From Acidimicrobiaceae bacterium (GTDB taxonomy: Bacteria > Actinomycetota > Acidimicrobiia > Acidimicrobiales > RAAP-2): a stretch of DNA of 52,604 nt. The notes beneath the pieces are model-generated. The model had not been told where the DNA came from and searched no databases. It saw only the letters and a list, made by a program, of their open reading frames with translations. The translations under genes and the position numbers were made by a program. Shown piece after piece: positions 40,457-49,467 of this stretch. Position 1 is the stretch's first letter, and the number at the start of each line of letters is the position of its first letter. The stretch is taken from positions 1-52,604 of the forward strand of contig PLNQ01000023.1 in assembly GCA_003141815.1 (NCBI GenBank), read 5' to 3'.

Positions 40457-40478
40457 TCGTCAATTAGAACACAGCCTC

Positions 40479-41189
40479 TTAGCCGACGCCCACGAGGTAA
40501 CCCACACCGAAGGTCACCACCGAGGCGAGTCCCATGATGACGAGCGCCCGTAGCGCCGAGTAGACAACACCGCGTCTCGTAAAATGCCCAACCGCCGCGC
40601 CGATGAAGATGATGGAGACGCCCGCGAGTCCCACGGACCACCACATGACGTTGCCCGAGGCGACCACGATCCAGGGAAGGAGCGGGATCAACGCGCCAAC
40701 TGAGAAGAAGAGGAAGGACGAGAGCGCAGCAATCCAGGGCGAGCCGGTCGCCGAGGGATCGACGCCGAGTTCTTCACGCGTGTGCGTGCGCAGCGCCAAA
40801 TCGGGGTCACGCATCAAGTCTGTCGAGAGTCGTTCGGCCAACTCCTTGTCGATTCCGCGTCCGATGAAGATGTCGCGAAGTTCTTCACGTTCCAGTTCGG
40901 GTTCGGCCGCGAGGGCGCGCCGTTCGACATCGATTTCGTACCCGTAGAGCTCCTTTTGGGCCCGCATCGAGAGGTACTCGCCGCTGCCCATTGAAAAGGC
41001 CCCCGACACCAGTCCCGCGAGTCCCGCGAGACGGACAATATTGTGGCCGGGATTCGCCCCGGCGAAACCCAAAATGAGCGAGACGTTTGTCACGAGCCCG
41101 TCCATCAATCCAAAGAGGGCTGCGCGAAAGCCACCGCCACTGATCTGGCGGTGGTGGGAATTGCTGACTGCTTGTGCTTCTTCGCTCAC
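40479..41189 (-). CDS. VIT1/CCC1 Fe/Mn transporter
   Basis: FGLMDGLVTN, SMGSGEYLS, HTREELG. Confidence 0.93.
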   Translation of the reverse strand: MSEEAQAVSNSHHRQISGGGFRAALFGLMDGLVTNVSLILGFAGANPGHNIVRLAGLAGLVSGAFSMGSGEYLSMRAQKELYGYEIDVERRALAAEPELEREELRDIFIGRGIDKELAERLSTDLMRDPDLALRTHTREELGVDPSATGSPWIAALSSFLFFSVGALIPLLPWIVVASGNVMWWSVGLAGVSIIFIGAAVGHFTRRGVVYSALRALVIMGLASVVTFGVGYLVGVG

Positions 41190-41266
41190 GCATGCAGTCT
41201 ACGAGCGAGCGGGCGTCGCGTCAGGTGAACAATCGATGAAAGATAGTGTTGCCTCGGAGGTGCACC

Positions 41267-41722
41267 ATGGTGACGCACGTGAAGAGTATTGAGGATATGT
41301 CGGCGCTGGTTGGAACGCACCTTGGCTACTCCGACTACGTTCGCGTCACGCAAGAACAGGTCAATCTCTTCGCGGAGGCGACCGGTGATCACCAGTGGAT
41401 TCACGTGGACCCCGAGCGCGCGGCGGCGGGCCCCTTCGGTCACACCATCGCGCACGGCGATCTCACGTTGTCACTCATCCCAGTGCTTCTAGGGGGCGTC
41501 ATGAAAGTCGACGGCGTCGCCATGGGTGTGAACTACGGCTCGAACAAAGTCCGGTTCACGTCACCGGTTCCAGTCGGCGCTGAAATTCGCGCCGGCGCCA
41601 CGCTCGCTTCGGTCGAGGAGGTCGCAGGAGGCGTACAGGTGGCGCTCGACGTCACCGTGGAAGTCAAAGACGCCACCAAGCCCTCATGCGTCGCCCAAGT
41701 GGTGTTTCGCTACTACCGCTAA
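41267..41722 (+). CDS. MaoC-family dehydratase
   Basis: FAEATGDHQWIHVDPERA, IAHG, NYGSNKVRF. Confidence 0.92.
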   Translation: MVTHVKSIEDMSALVGTHLGYSDYVRVTQEQVNLFAEATGDHQWIHVDPERAAAGPFGHTIAHGDLTLSLIPVLLGGVMKVDGVAMGVNYGSNKVRFTSPVPVGAEIRAGATLASVEEVAGGVQVALDVTVEVKDATKPSCVAQVVFRYYR

Positions 41723-41726
41723 GACC

Positions 41727-42419
41727 TTGAAAAACACTCCCTTGCCCCAAGGCGACGAAAAGACGCGACAGGTCCGCTCGATGTTCGACGCAATTGCCCC
41801 GCGCTACGAACTCGTGAACAAACTGATGACCTTTGGTCTCGACGGGCGATGGCGTCGCCGCGCCGTCAGTGATCTTCGACTCGCGTCGCGCAGTCTGGTC
41901 TTGGACGTCGCCGCTGGTACGGGCGACTTCGCTCGCGAACTCCACCACCAGGGCCAACGGGCCGTTGCGACCGACCTCAGCTACAACATGCTCGCCACGG
42001 CCAAGGCGATACGCGAGCGGGTCCAGGCGGACGCTTCGAAACTCCCGTTTCGAAGCGCCAGTTTCGATGGGATCACCTGCGGGTACGCGCTGCGCAACTT
42101 CACCGACCTTCCGGCAACCTTCGCCGAGATGGCGCGGGTCCTTCGCCCCGGGGGACGTCTGTCACTGCTCGAAGTCGCCGAACCAAGCTCGGGAATCTGG
42201 CGCGCGGGCTTTCAACTCTGGTTCCGAAAGGTAGTGCCGTTCATCGGTTCGCTCGTCTCGGACCGCGCGGCATACCACTACCTTCCCGCGTCGACGGCCT
42301 ACTTACCAGAGTCGTCGGAGATCGTCGCCATGTTGAACCGAGCCGGGTTCTCTGCGGTCAATCATCGCCGGGTCATGGGCGGACTCAGCCAGCAGTTCCT
42401 CGCCACGAGGACGACGTGA
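41727..42419 (+). CDS. menG: Demethylmenaquinone methyltransferase (UbiE/MenG)
   Basis: MFDAIAPRY, LDVAAGTGD, RVLRPGG. Confidence 0.88.
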   Translation: MKNTPLPQGDEKTRQVRSMFDAIAPRYELVNKLMTFGLDGRWRRRAVSDLRLASRSLVLDVAAGTGDFARELHHQGQRAVATDLSYNMLATAKAIRERVQADASKLPFRSASFDGITCGYALRNFTDLPATFAEMARVLRPGGRLSLLEVAEPSSGIWRAGFQLWFRKVVPFIGSLVSDRAAYHYLPASTAYLPESSEIVAMLNRAGFSAVNHRRVMGGLSQQFLATRTT

Positions 42420-43657
42420 AGTTCGTACGTTCCGTCATCAGTCCCCTTCGGGCAGAAACGCTTCGGGCCCTTGGCGCTCGCGACGGTTGGCTGGTCGAAT
42501 CGCCCGACGTCCTTCGCGCGGGCTTCGGTCGCGTCGTCGACCGCGTCGAGCTCGACGCGGGACTGGACTCGCCCACGAACGCCACGGGGGCGCTGCAGCG
42601 CCACGAGGTTGTCGGCGACGACGGTCCGTCGGGCACCGGCGTCGTTGCCTTCGCGACATTGCCCTTCGATCGCAACGCTCCCGGTGAGTTACAGATCCCC
42701 GAGTTCTTGATTACACAAACACTGTCCGGTGACGCGTGGCTGACCTGTCTCGAGGGATCGAACGACTGGCGCGAGTGGTTCGACGCGGTCACCGATCCCG
42801 TCCAAGAGACCCAGAGTCTTCGCTCGCTCACGTACCAACCAACACCCGAGGAGTACGCGCACAACATCGCACTCGCGGTCGAGATCCTTCGTCGCAAGGA
42901 GATCGACAAGGTGGTACTCGCGCGCGCCGTACTGGGCTCGGTGCCCGAACCGATTGACGCGGCCGCCATTGCCCAGCGACTCCGACTCCGTGAACCGATC
43001 TGTACGCTCTACAGCCTGCCCGCGAGCGACGGTCAACGGTTCGTGGGAGCGAGTCCCGAACTGCTGGTGCGTCGAATCGGCGTCGAGATTCAGTGTCACC
43101 CACTCGCGGGCACGATCACGCTGCCGCCGAACGTCGCGCCCGACGACTACCAGACGTGGCTCCTCGGCAGTACGAAGAATCTTCACGAGTACGGCGTGTT
43201 GGTCGACGAAGTCGTTCGAAACCTCGCGAACGTTTACGACGACGTCTACGCCGATCCCGAACCGTCCATCGTCACGCTGCGAACCGTGGCGCACTTGGGC
43301 GCGTGGGTCAGCGCGCGCTCGAGCAACCTCGACACCGCGCCCGACGCGCTCGAGGTACTGCGGGTGCTCCACCCCACGGCCGCGGTCGGCGGCGTTCCGC
43401 GAGAGAGCGCGTACGACCTCATCCGCCGTCTCGAGCAACACGATCGTGGTCACTACGCGGGACCGCTCGGTTGGATGGACTCGCGGGGCGATGGCGAGTG
43501 GTGGATCGGTATCCGCGGCGTCTTGGTGAAAGGGCGCGAGTTCGAAGCGTGGGCTGGTGCGGGGATCGTGAGCGAGTCTGACCCCATCGCCGAGCGCGAA
43601 GAGACCAGGGACAAACTGGCGAGCGTGTTGACGTCGGTGTTAGTTGACCGCGTCTAG
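42416..43657 (+). CDS. menF: Isochorismate synthase
   Basis: KVVLAR, GASPELL, LAGT, LHPTAAVGG, AGAGIV. Confidence 0.88.
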   Translation: MKFVRSVISPLRAETLRALGARDGWLVESPDVLRAGFGRVVDRVELDAGLDSPTNATGALQRHEVVGDDGPSGTGVVAFATLPFDRNAPGELQIPEFLITQTLSGDAWLTCLEGSNDWREWFDAVTDPVQETQSLRSLTYQPTPEEYAHNIALAVEILRRKEIDKVVLARAVLGSVPEPIDAAAIAQRLRLREPICTLYSLPASDGQRFVGASPELLVRRIGVEIQCHPLAGTITLPPNVAPDDYQTWLLGSTKNLHEYGVLVDEVVRNLANVYDDVYADPEPSIVTLRTVAHLGAWVSARSSNLDTAPDALEVLRVLHPTAAVGGVPRESAYDLIRRLEQHDRGHYAGPLGWMDSRGDGEWWIGIRGVLVKGREFEAWAGAGIVSESDPIAEREETRDKLASVLTSVLVDRV

Positions 43658-44371
43658 CGCTGCGCGCTGAAACGGCCGTTCGACTGCCCACTTCGTGACG
43701 AGGGCCATCGCTTCGAGCACGATCGCGCCCGACATCTTCGACACGCCCCGTTGACGATCCGAGAAGGAGATCGGCACCTCGACGATCGAGGCACCATTTC
43801 GTCGCGCGCGGTACGTCATCTCGATCTGAAATCCGTATCCGTCAGCCGTCACGGTCTCGAAGTCGATCTTCTCGAGCGCCGACTTCGCGTAGACGCGGAA
43901 GCCCGACGTCGAATCAGCGACCTTCAGTCCGAGTGCCGTCGACGCGTACTGGTTGCCCCCGCGCGAAAGAAGTCGGCGCGATAACGTCCAGCGAGGGATC
44001 TTTCCACCCGGCACGTAGCGTGATCCAATCACGACCTCGTGGTCATTCGCCGCCACCAACAGGGCCGGTAGGGCGAGCGGATCGTGTGAGAAGTCACAGT
44101 CGATCTCCACGAAGTGGTCGAAGCCCGCTTCTAGGCCCCATGCGAAGCCCGCGCAATACGCGCGACCGAGTCCACTCTTGGCGGTGCGCTCGAGCACCTC
44201 TATCTGACCGAGTTCCTCGCTCAGTGCACGGGCCCTCGCGGCGGTCCCGTCGGGACTGGCGTCGTCGACGACGAGGACGTGGCACTCGGGAACCGCGCTA
44301 CGCAACGCTGTGAGCATTTCTGCGACGTTGAGAATCTCGTTATACGTGGGAAGTACCACCAACGTGCGCAT
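43640..44371 (-). CDS. ppm1: Polyprenol-monophosphomannose synthase (GT2)
   Basis: PTYNE, VDDASPDGT, DCDFSH, GSRYVPGG, GYGFQIE. Confidence 0.9.
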   Translation of the reverse strand: MRTLVVLPTYNEILNVAEMLTALRSAVPECHVLVVDDASPDGTAARARALSEELGQIEVLERTAKSGLGRAYCAGFAWGLEAGFDHFVEIDCDFSHDPLALPALLVAANDHEVVIGSRYVPGGKIPRWTLSRRLLSRGGNQYASTALGLKVADSTSGFRVYAKSALEKIDFETVTADGYGFQIEMTYRARRNGASIVEVPISFSDRQRGVSKMSGAIVLEAMALVTKWAVERPFQRAALDAVN

Positions 44372-44456
44372 TAGGAGATTCTACGATGTGGCCTAGGCTG
44401 AGCCCGTTGAATTCCCCCGACGCGGGGTGAGAACGTGACACGCTAGAAGAAGTCCT

Positions 44457-45518
44457 ATGCCCGAAGCCGTCTCAAAGAAACGTCTCGCGTTACCACGTGA
44501 GATTCGCCTCATTCTGAGCTTCGGCTCCCTAGTCTTCGTTTTCGAGTACTTCGTGCTGCCCCAATTCGGATCGGCCCGCTCGTCGCTCCCCCTGCTCGCC
44601 TCGGTGAATCCGATCTTGGTCACCCTCGGCGTGCTCTTAGAGGTCAGCGCGATTCTCGCGTACGTCGAACTGACACGTACCGTGCTCTACCCCTACGCCC
44701 CGAGTCGCTACAACACGTTGCGAGTGAATATGGCCGGCCTCGCGATTAGTCACGTCGTGCCCGGAGGCACAGCCCCCGCCGGAGCACTCGCTTATCGAAT
44801 CTTCAACGAGCTCGGCGTGCCCCGCGACACCAACGCTTTCGGCCTCGCCGCGCAGGGATCGGGCTCGGCGGTCGTCCTCAACATCCTCTTTTGGATGGCG
44901 CTCGTGATCTCAATCCCCCTCAACGGCTTCAACCCGGCCTATGGTTTCGCGGCGCTCGCCGGGGTCTTTCTCCTGCTCGCCTTCTTCGGCACGATTCTGC
45001 TGATCACGAGGGGCCAGCGACGAGCAGACGTGTGGCTTCGCGTCGTTGCGCGTCGCGTGCCCTCGATCAACCCCGACGCCGTTTCGGCGTTGCTACGAAA
45101 AGTCGCTGACCGGATCACGCTCCTCATCACCAACCGACGCACCCTTTGGTGGGCCTTCACCTGGGCCGCGCTCAACTGGCTCCTGGACGCCGCGTGCCTG
45201 TGGGTCTTTCTCTGGTCCTTCGGGTCCGTGGTGTCACCCGTCGACCTCCTCGTCGCGTACGGCCTCGCCAACGTCCTCGCGGCCATCCCCGTGACGCCCG
45301 CGGGGCTCGGCGTCGTCGAGGGCGTGCTCATCTGGTCCCTCGTGGGTTTTGGCGTGCCCCACAGTCAGGCCATTTTGGCGGTCCTCGCGTACCGTCTCGT
45401 GAACTTCTGGATACCTATTCCTCTCGGCGGGATCTCCTACGCCAGTCTTCAGTGGCGTCGTCCGACGGAAACTACACCTGGGAAAGGGACCGCGACCGAT
45501 CCATTGCCCGACGTTTGA
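44457..45518 (+). CDS. Lysylphosphatidylglycerol-synthase-TM (YbhN/flippase-like) membrane protein
   Basis: Multi-TM; TPAGLGVVE, LAYRLVNFW. Confidence 0.85.
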   Translation: MPEAVSKKRLALPREIRLILSFGSLVFVFEYFVLPQFGSARSSLPLLASVNPILVTLGVLLEVSAILAYVELTRTVLYPYAPSRYNTLRVNMAGLAISHVVPGGTAPAGALAYRIFNELGVPRDTNAFGLAAQGSGSAVVLNILFWMALVISIPLNGFNPAYGFAALAGVFLLLAFFGTILLITRGQRRADVWLRVVARRVPSINPDAVSALLRKVADRITLLITNRRTLWWAFTWAALNWLLDAACLWVFLWSFGSVVSPVDLLVAYGLANVLAAIPVTPAGLGVVEGVLIWSLVGFGVPHSQAILAVLAYRLVNFWIPIPLGGISYASLQWRRPTETTPGKGTATDPLPDV

Positions 45519-47568
45519 ACTCGCGCTGCGCCGAGAAGTTGTTCACTGGCTGCAACCGACGCCAGCGACGATCGGTGCCGAGGACCCACGTGTAGAGATC
45601 ATCTCGCCAGGTGATCTCAAAAGCCTCGAGTAGTTCGCTCTGCAGTGACGTGTCTTCGATGGGCACGAGCACCTCAACGCGACGGTCCAGGTTTCGCTCC
45701 ATGAGGTCGGCCGATCCGATGTAGATCGAGAAGTCGGGGTCGCCCTGACGACCGAAGGCAAAGATCCGTGAGTGCTCGAGGAACTCACCCACCAACGAGT
45801 GGACCTTGATGTTCTCCGACAGCCCAGCGACGCCCGGTCGCAGACTGCACAGGGTCCGCACCACCATGCGAATCTCGACACCCGCGATGCTCGCCTCGTA
45901 GAGCGCGTCGATGATGGTGGGATCGGTCAGTCCGTTCACCTTGATGGCGATCTTTCCGAGTGAGCCGCGATCACGCTGCGCGTTGATGAGGTCCACGACG
46001 CGCGACCTCGTGTTCAATGGACTGACGATGAGCTTCTCGTAGTTGCCGATCCGCGAGAAGCCGGTAAGGAAGTTGAAGAGCTCACCGACGTCGTGACTGA
46101 TCGCCGGATCGCTTGTCAAGAGACCGAAGTCCTCGTAGATGCGAGCCGTCTTATCGTTGTAGTTACCGGTGCCGATGTGCACGTAGCGAACGGTCGTCTC
46201 ACCTTCGGAGCGCAACACCAAGGTGATCTTCGAGTGCGTCTTCAAACCCACGATGCCGTAGACCACGTGCACTCCCGCGTCTTCGAGCGCCTTGGCCCAC
46301 TCGATGTTGGCGGCTTCGTCGAAACGCGCCTTCAGTTCCACGAGGGCCACCACCTGTTTTCCACGTTCCGCGCCGTGGATCAGTGACGCGACGATGGGTG
46401 AGTCACCCGATATGCGGTACAGCGCCTGCTTCATGCCGACAACCTTGGGGTCGAGGGCCGCCTGGGCGGTGAACTGTTCGACCGAGTCGGTAAAGGACTC
46501 GTAGGGGTGGTGTAACAAGATGTCGCCGTCTCGGATGGCCGCGAAGACGTCGCCCACGTGGTCTCCGTCGAGGAGGCGCTTGGGCGTCAGCGGTGACCAG
46601 TCCTCACCCTTTAGGTCGGGGCGATCGAACTTGTACAGACCCCACAGGTCACTCAGCCCCAGCATCGCGTCGGTGACGTAGACGTTCGACGGATCGAGGT
46701 CTAGCTGATCCACGAGCAGCTTCAAGAACTCTTCCGACATACCGCGCTGGATCTCCACGCGCAACGCCTCACCGAAGCGCCGACGGCGAAGCTCTACTTC
46801 GAGGGCCACCAAGAGGTCGTCCGCCTCGTCCTCTTCGAGGGCGAGGTCCGCGTTTCGCGTGACGCGAAAGAGATCGGCGCGACCGATCGTCATACCGGGG
46901 AACAGTCGATCCAGGTGCGCGATGATGAGGTCCTCCAAAAGACACCACTGGTCGGGTCCGGCCTGAAGGAAACGCGGCAACGAGTTGGGCACCTTCACGC
47001 GCGCGCTTCGTTCGTCGTTCGTACTGTCGTCGCGCACCGACACCGCGATGTTCAACGAGAGATTCGAAATCATGGGAAAGGGGTGGCCGGGATCGACCGC
47101 GAGGGGCGTGAGTACGGGATAGACGTTCTCGTCGAAGTACTTGGCGAGGAGCGACTTGGCCTCGTAGTCGAGGTCGTCGTGACGCACGATGACGATGCCG
47201 CTGGCCGCGAGTTCGGGCAGGATCGAGTCGATCATGAGGCGATCTTGTCGCTCGACGAGTTCGAGCACGCTTTCGCGGATCGCCGCCAACTGCTGACGAG
47301 GTCGGATCCCGTCGATGGACGGCGTCTGCACCCCAGCCGCGACCTTGTCTTCGAGACTCACCACCCGCACTTGAAAGAACTCGTCGATCATCTCGGCGAA
47401 GATGGCCACGAACTTGCACCGCTCGAGAATGGGTAGGTTCTGGTCCGCGCCGAGGTCGAGGAGTCGCGCGCCGAACTCTAGACGTGAGAGTTCACGACTC
47501 GAGAACCTCTCGGGTCCGAACGACGTTAGATCTATGCCCAAGGCGACTGGTTCCCTCTGGTGAGTCAA
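45472..47568 (-). CDS. ppk1: Polyphosphate kinase 1
   Basis: RELS, DEFFQVRV, LLHHPYESF, ELKARFDE, KTHSK, FLEHSRI. Confidence 0.96.
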   Translation of the reverse strand: MTHQREPVALGIDLTSFGPERFSSRELSRLEFGARLLDLGADQNLPILERCKFVAIFAEMIDEFFQVRVVSLEDKVAAGVQTPSIDGIRPRQQLAAIRESVLELVERQDRLMIDSILPELAASGIVIVRHDDLDYEAKSLLAKYFDENVYPVLTPLAVDPGHPFPMISNLSLNIAVSVRDDSTNDERSARVKVPNSLPRFLQAGPDQWCLLEDLIIAHLDRLFPGMTIGRADLFRVTRNADLALEEDEADDLLVALEVELRRRRFGEALRVEIQRGMSEEFLKLLVDQLDLDPSNVYVTDAMLGLSDLWGLYKFDRPDLKGEDWSPLTPKRLLDGDHVGDVFAAIRDGDILLHHPYESFTDSVEQFTAQAALDPKVVGMKQALYRISGDSPIVASLIHGAERGKQVVALVELKARFDEAANIEWAKALEDAGVHVVYGIVGLKTHSKITLVLRSEGETTVRYVHIGTGNYNDKTARIYEDFGLLTSDPAISHDVGELFNFLTGFSRIGNYEKLIVSPLNTRSRVVDLINAQRDRGSLGKIAIKVNGLTDPTIIDALYEASIAGVEIRMVVRTLCSLRPGVAGLSENIKVHSLVGEFLEHSRIFAFGRQGDPDFSIYIGSADLMERNLDRRVEVLVPIEDTSLQSELLEAFEITWRDDLYTWVLGTDRRWRRLQPVNNFSAQREFKRRAMDRSRSLSQV

Positions 47569-47602
47569 TAGGTTCTCACCATCGTACGACTACTGTTGAA
47601 AC

Positions 47603-48973
47603 GTGGCGAGACACGCAAGTACCGAGATCGCTCGAGCCAAAGCGCCACCACCAAGCGCGCCGAGAAATCTTCGCTCCACGGAGTTGGGTCTCATGGCTCT
47701 GGCGTGGACTATCACCACCGCCTTCTACGTGTTGGCCTCGCTCGGGGCCCAGGGAAAGATGCCCGATCGCTTCGGGTTCTTCCTAGGGGGCATGATCCTC
47801 ATCTCGCTCATGATGCACTTCGCGGTCGTGCGCTACGCCCCGAACTCCTCCCAGGTGCTCCTACCAATCGCCACCCTCCTCAACGGCATTGGCTTCGTCG
47901 AGATCGCCCGTTGGGATCCGCCGCTCGCGCGCGGTCAGTCCCTCTGGTTCTTGGCGAGCGCGATTGCGCTCACCTTCACCCTGAAGGTCGTGCGCCACGT
48001 GCGCGACCTGGACCGCTACCGCTACCTCACCCTCGTCGCGGCGATCGGCCTGTTGGCAGCGCCGCTCTTACCCCACGTGGGTACGACGGTCAACGGCGCG
48101 CGTCTGTGGATCGACGTGGGTCCCTACGCCTTTCAGCCGGTCGAGTTCTCGAAGATCTTGCTCATCTTCTTCTTCGCGTCCTACTTCGCGGCGAACAGGG
48201 AACTGCTCACCATCCCCACCCAGCGCATAGGACCTGTCCGGTTCGTGCCGCCGAAGGTACTCGTGCCCATCCTTGCCGCCTGGCTGCTCTCCATCGCCAT
48301 CTTGGGCGCGGAGAACGACCTCGGTTTCGCGATCCTCATCTTTGCGCTCTTCATAGCGTTGCTGTGGGTGACGACGGGGTTGAAGTCCTACGTGCTCCTC
48401 GGCCTCGGACTGCTCATTGGCGGGGCGTTCATCGCCGATCAACTTTTCGTCCAAGTCCAGAGTCGAGTGAGCGAGTGGCTCGATCCCTGGTCGGCCGTGA
48501 ACTTCGCGTTCTCGAACCAACTGGCCTACGGTTGGTTCTCCATCGCCGCCGGCGGCGTGACGGGCACCGGCCTCGGGCTCGGCCAGTCGGGCAACATCCC
48601 CTTCATCACATCCGACATGATCTTCGCCGCCATCGCCGAAGAACTTGGTTTCCTCGGCGTCATCCTGGTGCTCTGTCTCTTCGCTGCGTTCGTCGGCGAA
48701 GGCTTTCGCATCGCCCAGCGCGCCACGTCGGACTTCGTGCGTATCACCGCCACGGGCCTCTCGGCCCTGTTGGGCTTTCAAGCGTTCTTCATCATGGCTG
48801 GCATCCTTCGACTGTTGCCCTTCACCGGAATCACGTTGCCCTTCATGGCGTACGGCGCGAACTCGTTAATCGCGAACTATCTCGTGGTGGCTGTCCTGTT
48901 GCGGATTTCGGACGAAGGGAACACCGAGAAACGCGGTGGCGAAATTGTCGCCGTCCATTTCTCTCAGCCGTAG
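47603..48973 (+). CDS. SEDS-family (FtsW/RodA) protein, actinobacterial pbpA-cluster type
   Basis: NGARLWI, FQPVEFSK, DLG, SDMIFAAIAEELG, TGITLPF. Confidence 0.92.
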   Translation: MARHASTEIARAKAPPPSAPRNLRSTELGLMALAWTITTAFYVLASLGAQGKMPDRFGFFLGGMILISLMMHFAVVRYAPNSSQVLLPIATLLNGIGFVEIARWDPPLARGQSLWFLASAIALTFTLKVVRHVRDLDRYRYLTLVAAIGLLAAPLLPHVGTTVNGARLWIDVGPYAFQPVEFSKILLIFFFASYFAANRELLTIPTQRIGPVRFVPPKVLVPILAAWLLSIAILGAENDLGFAILIFALFIALLWVTTGLKSYVLLGLGLLIGGAFIADQLFVQVQSRVSEWLDPWSAVNFAFSNQLAYGWFSIAAGGVTGTGLGLGQSGNIPFITSDMIFAAIAEELGFLGVILVLCLFAAFVGEGFRIAQRATSDFVRITATGLSALLGFQAFFIMAGILRLLPFTGITLPFMAYGANSLIANYLVVAVLLRISDEGNTEKRGGEIVAVHFSQP

Positions 48974-49455
48974 TAGGACTCAAGCACGTCCTCGGCGCAG
49001 AGAATGGGCGCCGGCACGCTTTGACGAAGCGCCATCGAGAGCGCGTCACTGGTACGACAGTCGAAGATTTCGCGCCCCCGGGGCGTCATGAGATCGAGTT
49101 CGGCGTAGAAGACGCCACCCTCGTAGCGAACGATGCGGGCCGCGATCACCTCGCCTTGCAGTCGGGTCAAGACCGTCGTCATCAGTTCGTGCGTGCTCGG
49201 ACGACGGCCTTCGATGGCCCCGTGCGCGTTCTGTAACGCCACGGCGTCGCCAAGGGCGACGGGAATGACGAGGTAACGAAAGGGCGACTCCGCCTCGAGC
49301 AGGTGGATCATGGGCGACGGGTCGGTCAAGTCGTACAGCACGGATTCAAGGTGCATGACGCGAAACGTCACGTCCGCAGCATTTGGTGCCACCTCGACGT
49401 CGGCGCTCGTCTTTTCGCTCGCGACCTCGGCCCCGGTAGGCGACTCATCGCTCAT
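48964..49455 (-). CDS. Bifunctional nuclease (DUF151) family protein
   Basis: RPSTHEL, GVFYAEL, DCRTSDALSMALR. Confidence 0.85.
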   Translation of the reverse strand: MSDESPTGAEVASEKTSADVEVAPNAADVTFRVMHLESVLYDLTDPSPMIHLLEAESPFRYLVIPVALGDAVALQNAHGAIEGRRPSTHELMTTVLTRLQGEVIAARIVRYEGGVFYAELDLMTPRGREIFDCRTSDALSMALRQSVPAPILCAEDVLESYYG

Positions 49456-49467
49456 AGCGCACCAACC

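Larger units (their letters stand above)
38067..40478 (-). mobile_element. IS5-family (IS1031-like) element carrying tnpB
   Basis: Imperfect TIRs AAGCGTGTGTCCTATTTG / GAGGCTGTGTTCTAATTG (13/18 match); TTA duplicated at 38064-38066 and 40479-40481; DDE transposase and tnpB inside. Confidence 0.85.
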
